Of a DNA stretch of 64,000 nucleotides, positions 26,861 through 37,936 are shown one piece after another. The notes beneath the pieces are model-generated. The model made no database searches. It saw only the letters and a program-made list of their open reading frames with translations, and was not told the origin of the DNA. The position numbers were made by a program, and so were the translations under genes. Each line of letters starts with the position of its first letter. The first letter of the stretch is position 1. Source of the DNA: Lama guanicoe (Eukaryota); assembly GCA_013239625.1 (NCBI GenBank), contig MU053652.1, positions 6,253,902 through 6,317,901 on the forward strand. The letters are read 5' to 3'.

Positions 26861-27299
26861 TGCTACAGTTTTAAGGTCTAAAGAGAAAAATAAAAGGAAA
26901 GAGGAAGATAAGGACTCTAGAGCATGGGAGGAGGGAAGAAATACAGTAACAGTCACTATCTGGTAATTTAATTAAGTCTTTATTTAAAAGATCAAGCCCT
27001 CAGGCACATTTGTTCTCGAGCTCAGTTTGCTTGCATTTTTGTTGTAATTGGACGTCACGTACCCTTTTTAAAACTGTGTATGTAATATATGATGATGACT
27101 TGGTAATCGGCTTCTAATGAACTTAACTTTTGCTTGCTTCTGGATCATATGGGTTGTCTATCTTTTCACCGAGATACCGAAACCAAAAGGGAAAATACTT
27201 CTCAAGGTTCATGGATTTCTTTAACTCCGTTAGTTCAGAGCATAACTGTTGAGTCTATATCAGACATTAGGCTAAGCCGTGATAAGTAAGGCCATGAGA

Positions 27300-27712
27300 A
27301 ACCTCTTGGCATAGCTGGGAATACGCACTGGGTGACAATACAATATGATAAGAACCGTAATACAGAGAAGCATGAAATTCCACTGAAGCAGAAAGGCAGG
27401 AGTGACTTACTCACAAAGATAACCAGGAAAGCAGATAATGTGTTTGAGAAGAGGGACAATCTGAACTCTCTGGAATGACGCATAGTTGTCCGGTGGAATC
27501 AGCGGAGGACATTCTAAGCCATGCTCTGGACGGTGTATAAAGGCCTGGAGCAGTTCATTTGATGAAGCATCAGGAAAATGCCAATAGTCCTTTTGGAATG
27601 TGAAACAGAAAGTTTGTGAAAGTTGTGGGTTTGTTGGGAGGGGAGATAACTGACAAGGAACAAGTATCTTGAAAACTTCAACATTTCCAGGCTTTGACTC
27701 TAAGAGCAGATG
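27300..27712 (-). mobile_element. L2 fragment
   Basis: Purine-rich antisense L2 pattern (atctgaactctctggaatgacgcatag...gtgtataaaggcctggag...gctttgactctaagagca). Confidence 0.5.
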
Positions 27713-27715
27713 CTT

Positions 27716-27990
27716 TCGATGCCCTGCCTGTCCCCTCTGTCCTACCTCCTGAGAGGGTGCCCGCTGCCAGCATCTGCACTTCTTGGTCGGAAGGTTCTTC
27801 TGTCCCTGAAGCCTGCTTTGCTAGTGAGTAGAGGAGGCTGAAAGGGTTGGGGGATTATTGCTTCCGGGTTTATTGCTGAACCAATACTGTTTCTTCTTCG
27901 CCCACATAGGGGGGCAACCCTGAGGATCATGTTCTACACTGTTTCCTAGAGTTCCTGCAACCAGGTTAAGCTCCAGTTCCCCATAGTCGA
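27716..27990 (+). mobile_element. ERVL LTR33-like 5' LTR (3' part missing)
   Basis: gcatctgcacttcttggtcggaaggttcttctg...ctgaggatcatgttctacactgtttcctagagttcc...ggttaagctccagttccccatagt matches recalled LTR33. Confidence 0.7.
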
Positions 27991-27994
27991 ATCC

Positions 27995-28460
27995 TCGGGA
28001 AGGGATGCCAAGCTTGATGACAGTAAGCGGGCATGCTGCAGTATCACAATCATTAAGATGCTCACCCGTGCTGAACGGTGCTGGGACCCACGGAGAAGGA
28101 GATGTATTGTTTATATATCTCTAGTATTTGTGAAATACTGGGGCAATGGCAGTTTCAAGGTTTGGAAAGTCAGAAGGTTGTCGTTAAGTGTCACTGAAAC
28201 ACTGAGTGAAAAACAAATGACAGAATAAGGTCAGTCAACTATCATCTCAAGGCACAGTGTGAAATCCAGAGTCTTTAGGCATCATTAAATGAGATTCTTA
28301 TTTTATAACCAGAGGCCCGAATGGGCTGAAACCTAGGTTTCAGATAAGATTGTGAGATTAGTGAATTTTCAAACAAGTCTGAATTGAAGCCCTGGATAGT
28401 CTTTGCTAAACTCAGGGCCTAAGACAAGGGATGAGAACATTGGACCAGTACGGTTTGAAC
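27995..28460 (+). mobile_element. ERVL internal (ERV3-16A3_I/ERVL-E-like) gag 5' remnant
   Basis: aaatgacagaataaggtcagtcaactatcatctcaaggcacagtgtgaaatccagag (NDRIRSVNYHLKAQCEIQ) and gctaaactcagggcc (AKLRA) resemble the ERVL Gag N-terminal coiled region. Confidence 0.75.
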
Positions 28461-28982
28461 AGGCTGCAGTCAAGTTTAAGTGCCAACAGACATTCAGTAC
28501 GTTTCCTGGTAGAAAAATTTCCATCCCTGGATCTCTAGTCTGGTGAAAGTTCAAGCTGTAGGAAAGGAAAACACAAATTCCTCAAGAGAATCACCAGGTG
28601 GGATAAAAAGATTTCTTCCTACATCTACCCTTTGTTTCCAAACCCGTCTTCTAGTTATAAGGAACATAGCATCTCCCAATCATGGTTGGTTCAAAGTGTA
28701 TACTGCATCTTGACTGATCACATCCAGTCCTCAAGCTAGCACCTCAGATATACTTCTAAGAGGGCATCCCAAAATCCTATTAGGCTGGAAGCTTCTGGGA
28801 CATTTGGTAGGACCAGTGGATTCTCTGGTTATGTGCCCACTGTTGTACCTGGCCTCAAATGTACAGTGGGTTCCTTGGGCCAAGGCAACATTATGTAAGA
28901 TCAGATGTCATTAATCAGACACTCTGTGAGCCTTGGGATAGCGGTGATGGCTGAGGCACTGAAGGCAGGGAAGATAAACCCC
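28461..28982 (-). mobile_element. ERVL pol remnant: integrase core to dUTPase N-terminal half (inverted relative to gag)
   Basis: Minus-strand translation with frameshifts: GFIFPAFSASAITAIPRLTECLI / HNVALAQGTHCT / QVQQWAHNQRIHWSYQM / PEASSLIGFWDALLE ... MEIFLPGNVLNVCWHLNL, compared with ERVL GFAFPARNASAKTTIRGLTECLI..SIASDQGTHFT..QWAHAHGIHWSYH..PEAAGLIERWNGLLK..GMLPPGD. Confidence 0.85.
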
Positions 28983-29481
28983 TTGAACCACTTCAGATCC
29001 AATTTTTACCCCCATTAGATTCAATCTGTCCTGTCAGTGGTGCTTTAAGTTGGTGGTCACTCACAATTTCGGGGGGGGAAAAAAGAAAAGAAAGACTTAC
29101 AGAAGGACCTGTAGTGGGGTAAGATATACCTGCAGCTGCAGTTTTTCCTGAGGAATTGATATTTATCATCTTCCTTCTCTACCAATCATCGTAAATTCCC
29201 CTCATTTCCCGCCGGTCCTCAGCTCTTCATCCCTGAGGCGTCTAAGCCCTTGACTAGCGCGCCTGGGGGGCTGTGACTGTGGTTGGCCCGTTACGCATAC
29301 TACCACCTATCAAAGCGCCAGGAAACTCCCCAGTGAGTTAGTTCCTGCTCTCTCTGCTCCACTCAGCCTCCACTATGTAGCAGCAAGTCTACCATCTCAT
29401 GAAAATCTGGGCCAATTGCTACCGCCAGAAATTCTGTTCTTCCTCTCCTGGTCTGTTGGCATGATGAGCCCACAGTAATAG
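28983..29481 (-). mobile_element. ERVL remnant: dUTPase C-terminal half to 3' end of the internal region/polypurine tract (inverted relative to gag)
   Basis: Minus strand from 29480: YYCGLIMPTDQERKNRI / LAVAIGPDFHEMVDLLLHSGG*, compared with GHFGLLMPLNQQAKKGV..LAGVIDPDYQGEIGLLLHNGG; ends ggatctgaagtggttcaagggg (PPT-like). Confidence 0.8.
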
Positions 29482-29619
29482 AAATCATGCTCTCTCTTTG
29501 AAGTGAATTTGTATTTCTCTGCCGTTTTCCATTGTGGTATGATTTTAACTAGGAGAAGATAACTTATTTCCTCTATTTCCCACGATTTAAGAAGTGCCCT
29601 GCTGTCACCCCTACGTGCA

Positions 29620-30025
29620 GACTGTAGTTCAGTATCACTGGAGATGTGTATGTGTGAGAAGGAGCTGGCAGGAGATAATTCTAGAGAGGGAATTAGAGAC
29701 TAATTTGTGAAGGAGTTTAGAGTTTATTCACCAGGCAATGGGATGTCTTTGAAAGATTTTTAAGCAAGAGAGGGATAGTTGCAGATACGCGATTCTGAAA
29801 GCCGATTACAATGCCTTGGAGGGTTGAGGCTGGAGGATGTGATCAAGAGGATCTCAGTGGTCCAGCTGAAGGTCTAAGGAAGGGCAACGGTGGCCAGATG
29901 AAAGGGAGAGGCCAGATTTGAGGAACAGATTCCAGGAAAAATGATCAATTTTCATAACTAGTCAGTTATGGAGTCTAAGAAAGGAAGGAGAGTCTAATTG
30001 AACTGGGTTTCCTCTTTCAGGTGAC
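29620..30025 (-). mobile_element. L2 fragment
   Basis: ggagtttagagtttattcaccaggcaatgggatgtctttgaaagatttttaagcaagagagggatag... is classic antisense L2. Confidence 0.75.
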
Positions 30026-31049
30026 ATGCTGCCCAGCCTTAGCTTCTGCTGCTTGTCGCTCAGTGAGCCCTAAAAGATTCAGAGAGGTCCCAGGACCCTG
30101 AAGAAATGAGAAATTTCGCTTTATAAAATAGGACATGGAAGGACATTAAAGGCAAGTATTTGTTGAGGTACCAAGATAAAATAAAGAGAATCATCCAAAA
30201 AAAAAAAGGTGCCAGAGTCAAACATTTTCTAAGGCTTTAGCTAAAAAAAAGGTTTTATGGCTTTTGAATACATTCCCCACATCTTAGGTATAAAAGCTCC
30301 AGAGATTGTTGGAAAAGAGCATTTTTGAGGATGATTTTTGAAATGTGTTATAAATCCCAACCCTACAACCCCATCACTACACTAAAGAGGCAAGCAATGT
30401 GTTGCTTGTGGAGAGTTCCAGCTTCTTGCCTCAAGGGGTCCTTCACTGGGACCACCTGGAGAATTTCACAGGTGCCTCCTGAAGGTGGAGGTGGGAGACT
30501 TGATAGACTGTTGTCTGATTCTTATTTTATATATATATAATATATAATAATAAGTTATATTACAAATATAAATGTAATAAAATAAATAACAATGTGTAAA
30601 TATAACAAAATATATTATACATAAAAGCTAAGAGATAAGCAAGCTAACTGTAACCAGCAGAGCAAAGGAGAAATTGCTGAGTTGAGAGTCATCCTCCCAC
30701 TCCCAGGATCTGTCAGGACAAAGGATGTGAGTGTTTCCGGTGGGCAGGATATGGACCACACAAAAGAGAAAGCTGGCGTGAGGTTGCCCTGAGACAAGCT
30801 GTTATGTCTGAGGAGCTTGTAAGACTTCTGTGTTTCAATGAAAGGAGGCAGCTGGAACTAAGTGTGCAAATTAAGTATATGAATTGGTCAAAGCAATCAA
30901 CATGAATGAAATCATTCATGAAGAGCCTTTTAAATACAATACTGGAGAGCACCGATGATAAAGTGATGAGAGAAGAAGGCTTCGACAGAGTCAGGAGGAC
31001 AAGAAAGGTCTCACTGTACAGGGCACGTCAACGAGGACGCAGCTCCCGA

Positions 31050-32250
31050 TGGTTGCTGCCCTACTTTTTCTCTTCACAGGCAAACGTATCTCAGAAGAGT
31101 TGCCAGTAGTTTCTACTCCTAGTTTATCTATTAATCTCTCCTCAACCCGATCAACCATTATCCGATCAGATTTGTGTCTGCACCGTTCTGCTGAGAGTAC
31201 ACTGATGAAGGCCACTGATGTATGTGCTGATGAAGGCGACCAATAAATGAGTGTTGCCAAATGCAGTGCTTACTTCTCTGTCCTCTCTTAGAACTTTCAT
31301 TGGCCTTCAACACTGCTCACTACTTCTGTCCTCTCTTGACTTCTGGGATCCCACCCTCTTCTGTTTATGTCCCCTACTTCATTGGTTGCTCCTTCTCGGT
31401 CTTCTTTAGGGGACCTACCTCCCCTACTTGAAATATAAATGTAGGAATGTATCCAGGATTTGGTCTTGGCCACTTTTCTTATTCTGTTTACTCTTTGTCC
31501 TTAGAGAGTTATCTTCTAGTATCCTGGTTTAGAATGCCATTTACGTGCTAAGGACTTCTGAACGGTATCTATAATATAAATTATCAAATTACTAATTTGA
31601 TAGAGCTAGTTGGATGGCTAATAGACACCTCAAACTTACATATCCAAATCATAATTTTGATTTGTTTGTGCTCAGTGTGCCGCTCACAACCCTTTTCTTC
31701 AGAGTCTGTCTTGGTATAACATCTAGTCAATATCCACCCAGTTCCTCAAGCCAAAAGTCCAGAGTAATTTTGATTACACTCTTTCCCACTTCATGTCATC
31801 CAGTAGATCCTACAGTAAGTTCTAAGGCTTTTATATTTGAAATATGTCATTAATTCCTCTATTACTCACAACCCCAAGTGCTATCTTCCTTGTCGAAAAA
31901 ATCCTATTTTGCATGGATGACTTCACTAGCCTTATACATACTGACACACCGTCCACAAACAATTTCCCACAAGGCACTTCCCTATCACTCAGTACAGCAC
32001 ACACCACTTATAAATCATCTCATCACACAGACCTTTTCCGATCACTCAGTCAGGAGTGGCCACCTAGTTTACGTCTCTGTATAGCCATTGTATTTTTTAT
32101 TAGTAGTATTTTTCTTTTATTTATTCTCTCCACCCAGGTTAACTGATTAAAAAAAAATGCAGTTACATTGTGTTCCCACTGTCTAGAACAATGTCTGAAG
32201 CACAGTAAGTACCCAATAAATATATGCTGAGTAAATGAAAGATGGATAAA
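31050..32250 (+). mobile_element. L2 (L2a-like) RT remnant through 3' tail
   Basis: IRSDLCLHRSAESTLMKATD (within ORF 31049-31246), compared with L2 LQSGFRPHHSTETALLKVTND; ggatggctaatagacacctcaaacttacatatccaaa; tail tctagaacaatgtctgaagcacagtaagtacccaataaatatatgctgagtaaatgaa. Confidence 0.85.
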
Positions 32251-32754
32251 TAGTAAGGGGAAAAGGCAGTTTGTAAAGGATTAATGGCTGTGTCAGAAAT
32301 ATTAATATTTCAAGACTTCGTATTTGAAAAGGAGAAAAGAAAACAATAAAATGGAAATTTAAGGAGACAAGCTAAGGGAAGCTTTGTTGATTTTTAAGAG
32401 TAAGAAAGAACTTGAATGCATTTGAAGTTTATAGGGAAGGTACCAATGAAGCAAGAGACTAAAGATGACAAAAATAACCGGAGCTACTGGATCAGAAGTG
32501 CTGATTCTTATTGAAGGATTAGCCTCAGAAACGGGAGAATGTGGAAGTCTATCTTCCGTCCTCTCTTGCTTCCCACTTCCTTCCGTTCCTCTATCCCACC
32601 CTTTCTTTCCTTCCTCCCTTTTTATTCCTTTCATTTCTCCTTCTATGGTATCAGGTGCTGTGAAACAGACAGGGGATTTAATCTGAATAAATACAAAAAG
32701 CGAGATCTGACAAAATAGACAAGAGGAATTAGCAGCAGCATCCCTAATGGGTTT

Positions 32755-33170
32755 ATTACAGCTACTTTATCAGTCGCAAATAACTAAACAGACTCTGGGT
32801 GACCTAAGTAGAAAATGAGTGTGTTAAAACGGTGGGGGATGTCTCATGGAGCCTGCAGGAAGGCCAGATACAGGCCATGGCAAGACCCAGGCAAGGCAGA
32901 GCCAAGACAACTGGGACATCACCAATGACTGGTTGCCACTTCTGCAACTGGCATCGCCTCTAGTCATCCTTTGTTTACTGGAATCCAGAACTCTGAACTC
33001 TTGTCATGATACCATCGGACTCTCCACTCCCTGCAGCGACCATAACCAATCCTTCACTGACCCTTCCTTTTGCTTCATGCTCTCAGGAACCAGGACAGAG
33101 TCATTCGACTGGCTATGCTCAGGTCACGGGGAACCTGAGGGGAAAGGAGTATCCAACCCCTTTTCAGCTT
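32755..33170 (-). mobile_element. Old MaLR LTR (late MLT1 family)
   Basis: cagtcgcaaataactaaacagactctgggtgacctaagtagaaaatgagtgtgtt...cagagtcattcgactggctatgctcaggtcacg. Confidence 0.55.
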
Positions 33171-35344
33171 CGCTATGTGGCAGTGTATCTTCCTCTTGTC
33201 TTTCTTTGGATTCTCACATACCTGGGCATGAATCCTGGTCACCCCCAAAGCCAAATATTCACAAGAGGACAGCTCTGTATGGTGCGGAGGTGGAAATGAC
33301 TCTGGCTCCCCGGGCTTGTGTTCACACCTCTGCCTTGAACCACAATGTCTCAATCAGTCCTACTCTCCAGGCCATTGTTCACTTATCTGTAAAACGTGGC
33401 TGTTCTTTTCCCATGTTGGCTAGCCCTTTCCAGTGCCAAGATTCTCAGGTAACAGCTTAGAGCTAAAGAAACATATCAGTAAACCAAGTCATACCTGTTT
33501 GCAATATTTTATCACTTATGACTGACCCTTCCTAGAAAGCCCTTAAGGGATAACATAAAACAGAGTATCTTCACTCGGCATTACAGAGACAGAAGAATAC
33601 AAATGAGAAATGATAAAGGTCAGGCATAGATACACTGCTCAGAAGGACAGAAGTGAGACTCAGGGAGACAAAGTGCCAACACTGTGTTTATGTTTATGCT
33701 CCTGAAAAAAAAAGAGAAAAAAATGCCAAGGGAATCAGATTTCCTTCTTAACAAACAGTTCAACAGAATCAGGGAAAGTAACACAATATAAAAGGCAGGA
33801 TATGTCAAGCCAACACAAAAATCAGCTGGAGGCAACAGGCTAGATACAATTCAGGTTTCTGTTCCGCAGAGATGTCTCCAGAGTCAGGAAGTTCAGTAAA
33901 GACTGGGACAGACTACAAATGATGCCGACTCATCTTTGTGACATTGTCATCTAAGGCCGTCAGAGTACAGCATCCGGGACACTGGAAGTACAGGTGTCCA
34001 GCAGGTTTTTAACAATAAGTGTTAGGAAAGCAGAAGAAGACAATGCCCTAGAATTATTTTCAGGTCTTTGGTGGTTTAATAAATACACGGGAAAGGAAAA
34101 CTCAGTTAAACCTGAAAGGCAGAAGATGGTTTAAAATTGTATTTGTTCATAGTACCTGAGAATATTCTGGCCAATAGACAAGTGAAGTCAATTCCAATTG
34201 CAACTCTGAATTTATCTGAGATCTTGCTGACATTTCCCAGCATGACAGACGCTGATAGCTAAGCACCTATTCTCCTTACACCAATTATTTGGAGAAAAGT
34301 ATTCAGTTTAGGAAGTAATGAGTAGTAAGAGAGAAAACTGGTTAATGGTGTAGCAGATGATGATGTTCCAGAGAAGTACCTACAACCTGAGTTTCCTTAC
34401 AAAACACTTATTTGATGTATAACTTGACAAGACTGCTTTTCCTTCATCTATGAAGAGTGAAAAAAACTGTTTTAAATTTAAAGAGATAGGTATTCCAGGC
34501 AGTGTGCATGTCTTGACTTCTATTTACCCTTACTATCTTTCTTTTCATGATTAGGGAGTAGCTAACACATTGTACATTTTTACTCATTCATATTATCTGT
34601 GATACCAAATCTTAGCAGCAAGAAAGAAGATTGAAAAAAAAAAAACCCAGTATTTTACGACTGGACTAAGGCAACCAAGACTTTGAGAAATATCTTGTTA
34701 TTCAAGAGAACACAGAGAGCAAAAATAAGGAATTAAATGCTTTCATGGCACTTTGACCTCTCTGCTGGGGATCTAAAGATGCACATGACCACATGTGTCC
34801 TTCAATCAGTACAGGCCGATGGAAGAGAGGGGTGAGTTTCCAAAAACCGTAAGTACTATGAAGGCATCTCCCTAAGGGAGGGGGCCTGGAGACTAATATG
34901 GGAGGAGGAGGAGGAGCCACCATGGCAGAAGCAGTCAGCATGATTTCCCTAGAGGAGGCTACTCCTTCAGGGGAACTGGACTTTAATACAGAAATGCAAA
35001 CAGGAACAATGCTTACCATTTCGTAATTGGTATCCAGTGGCCAATTCGGGCATCAGCAGGTCTTACAGTCTGGTTCCTGCCTGGTTTCCCAGTCACATCT
35101 TGTCGCTCCTCCCCTCATGCTCTGCACTCCAGTCTCTCCTAACCCACCACACACTCTCACATACCTTTACCTTTGGGTAGGCGTGTCTCTTAGCCTTGAA
35201 TACTTTCCCACCCCCATTGACCTGTGTCCCTCATAAGGCTATGAGCTCCCCAGGACCTGGATCAGGTATTTTATTAGCACACACTGCAGTGCCGTATACA
35301 TAACAGGTCCTGGCTAAGTATTCGTGGCATACATGTAAATACGG

Positions 35345-35580
35345 AAAAGGCAGTGCAGATAGCAGGTAAACTCAGGAACTCTGGAGGTGCACGCCTGGGT
35401 TTCTGGGATATTCCTGTATCTTTTGCTTACTCTCTGGATGGTACTGAGCAAGCCATATAACCACTGTGTGACTTAATTTTCAAACTTATGGTAGGATTTT
35501 CATGAGGATTAAATGAGCTAATACATGCAAGTCTCAGCTCAACATCTGATACATGCTAATCAAAACTGTTAGGAATTCAT
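35345..35580 (+). mobile_element. MIR SINE
   Basis: gaactctggaggtgcacgcctgggtt...gagcaagccatataaccactgtgtgacttaatttt...catgaggattaaatgagctaatacatgcaag. Confidence 0.75.
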
Positions 35581-35649
35581 AACTAAAAAATATTTTTGGA
35601 TGGATGTTTGTGGCAGGGGCAGTAACTCTCAAGTATTACATTTGCTTTG

Positions 35650-35895
35650 TAAACATCCCAGTACCTTTACAGGTAGGCAGGGACATAGGATGACGTCTAA
35701 CCAATAGGCTGGAACTAAAGAGCTGCCATTTGACTCTGTCTGCTCTTTGCTGTCCTGCCACAGAGATCACAAGGCACATGTTAAGACAGAAGAGCCATGA
35801 AAGTCAAGCAGCCTGAAGGAGCTTTGTGTTTTCTAACAGTTGAGACTTTAGGGTTATTGTTGCTGCAGCATAAACTCACCTATCCTGACTAATTG
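35650..35895 (+). mobile_element. Old MaLR LTR fragment (MLT1H/I/J-like 3' end)
   Basis: tgagactttagggttattgttgctgcagcataaactcacctatcctgactaat. Confidence 0.6.
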
Positions 35896-36619
35896 GGGAT
35901 TACCTTAAAGTCATACCACAGAGATGGCTGCCTGCTTTATACACTTACGCAACCGTTGATGAAAACAAGTGAGTGGGTGGAAACAGCAAATCAGCATGGT
36001 CCACAAAGGCTGGAGGGATGAAATGGTGGCTGTGAAGGGGAGCTGTGGTGCAGACAGAAGAAAAGAGGGAAGAGAGGGAAGAATGCTGGTGACTCAGTCT
36101 TGGTTCAGGTACTGTTGGAATCAGTAAAACATTTTCTAAAATTTAAAAAAAAGCCTTACATAATGATTAAAGAGATGTCATTCTTTTATTTGGGGTGTGC
36201 TTTTTTTTTTCAGCAAGTTAAAAAAATCAAGAATTTAGAAAAAAATTAAAATTAGTTACTTTCACAACTAGATTAAATTAGTAAAAAACAAATAAATCAA
36301 ATGACTATCTCTTAAACTTTTTTCTGGAAATAGACTTTTGTGAGTGTAGATGGGAGTGGGTCTCAAACTCCTTTGAAAATGTGATACAAACTATGGATTT
36401 TTTCTACAGGGAAAAAAATGAAGTTGTCCACATAAAGACACAGTTTCCAGGAACCCTGAACCCAGAGTTATGTTGTGGGTTTCTCTATCAAATCCTGATT
36501 TAACTATCCAGAAACATCTTGAAAGGAACTCCTTAATAATTTTAATCTATCAGTTGGGCAACAGTTAACAGTATGAGTACAGATGCACCAGGAACACTTA
36601 AATTAGTATAAATGTTGAG

Positions 36620-37035
36620 AGCAAATAGTCAATATTCATCCAATTGAAAAATGGTCACACTCTTGAGCTAGCAGTTCTGTGGATAGGAATTATCTCTACA
36701 GATATACCTGCAAAATTATGCTGTGATAATGTGTTCAAGGATCTTCATTATAACTTTGTTTGTAATAGCAAAAACACCTGGAAATGATCATTGACAGGGG
36801 AATGGTTAAATAAGTTATAGTACACTGATACAATACAATACTCTGCAGCCATTAAATAAAATGAAGTTGATATGTGTGTTGTGACATGGGAAAACAATCT
36901 GTTTATTTAAATCAAGAAAAATAACCATGTATATTAAATGGTCTTATTAGATAATATTTTATAAGAGAGTGTGTGTGTGTGTGTGTGTGTATATTCTGAA
37001 AGAATATGCAGGACACTGTTAAAAGTAGTGACCTT
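36620..37035 (+). mobile_element. L1ME-like ORF2 end/3' UTR, containing (GT)11 at 36969-36990
   Basis: ctagcagttctgtggataggaattatctctacagat...tttgtttgtaatagcaaaaa...ggggaatggttaaataagttatagtac...tctgcagccattaaa. Confidence 0.75.
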
Positions 37036-37194
37036 TGGTGAAGCATGTGCCCATACATGGCACATGGAAGCATTCAATAAATACATTTGCATTTATTTAT
37101 TATTTACAGCACTCACAATTCCTCTGTTCTCGATATACTGTTCAATTCCTTGGGAATACAAAAGAATGGAAGACAGTCATTACCACTGACTTTT

Positions 37195-37735
37195 AAAAAA
37201 TTATTAAAGTATAGGTGACTTACAGGTGTACAACATGGTAATTCAGTATTTTTATAGATTATATGCTATTCAAAGTTATTAACTATATTTCTTGTGCAGT
37301 ACATTACATCCCTGTGACTTACTTGTTCTATAACTGGTAGTTGGTACTTTTTTATTCCCTTCACCTATTTCACCTCTCCCCTACTCTTCTGTCAACCACC
37401 AGTTTGTTCTCTGTATCTATGAGTCTGTTTGTTTTGCTTTATTTGTTTATACCCTACAGGTCCATCCTTGTTGTTGTAAACGGCAAGACTTACTTATTTT
37501 TTATGGCTGAGTGGTATTGCATGATATATATATGTATATATACACCATATCTTCTTTTTTTTAACATTTTTTATTGATTTATAATAATTTTACAATGTTG
37601 TTACACCACATCTTCTTTAATCATTCATCTGTTAATGGACACTTAGGTTGCTTCCATGTATTGGTTATTGTAAATAATACTGCAATGAACATTGAGGTGC
37701 ATGTATCTTTTTGAATTAGTGTTTTTGTTTCCTTT
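37195..37735 (-). mobile_element. L1 3' end (L1MA9/artiodactyl-type), hosting a tiny younger L1 insertion
   Basis: aaagtataggtgacttacaggtgtacaacat...caaccaccagtttgttctctgtatctatgagtctg...ggacacttaggttgcttccatgtattggttattgtaaataatactgcaatgaacattgaggtgcatgtatctttttgaattagtg. Confidence 0.85.
37558..37601 (-). mobile_element. 44-bp ultra-truncated L1 3' terminus with 17-bp target-site duplication
   Basis: Minus strand acaacattgtaaaattattataaatcaataaaaaatgttaaaaa; flanked by tacaccatatcttcttt (37541-37557) and tacaccacatcttcttt (37602-37618). Confidence 0.85.
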
Positions 37736-37905
37736 TAATCTTATTGTCAATAAGAAAAGCGATATTCGAAATAATTAGAGAAATTTATAAGACAAAATAT
37801 GAAGAGTGCAAGTTAAATGGTGAAAACTGCGTAAGAGTACAGAGCAATGTGTTGTGGATTTGGGAGAAACTTCTCCATCAAACAAAATATTCTCACCTTA
37901 AGTAA

Positions 37906-37907
<2 letters not shown>

Positions 37908-37936
<29 letters not shown>
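37908..37936. repeat. (TG)14 microsatellite
   Basis: Perfect TG run. Confidence 0.97.

Noticed and set aside
29482..29620. Possible third ERVL segment (integrase N-terminal side; minus strand ccacaatggaaaacggcagaga)
   Set aside because: Similarity too weak to call by eye; should be tested in the consensus alignment proposed for the scrambled ERVL
30520..30622. Very AT-rich stretch as a structured repeat or origin-like element
   Set aside because: Simple low-complexity AT sequence without a defined unit
32846..33460. Longest ORF (204 aa)
   Set aside because: Overlaps an old MLT1-like LTR; the translation has no recognisable domain; consistent with chance in a GC-richer patch
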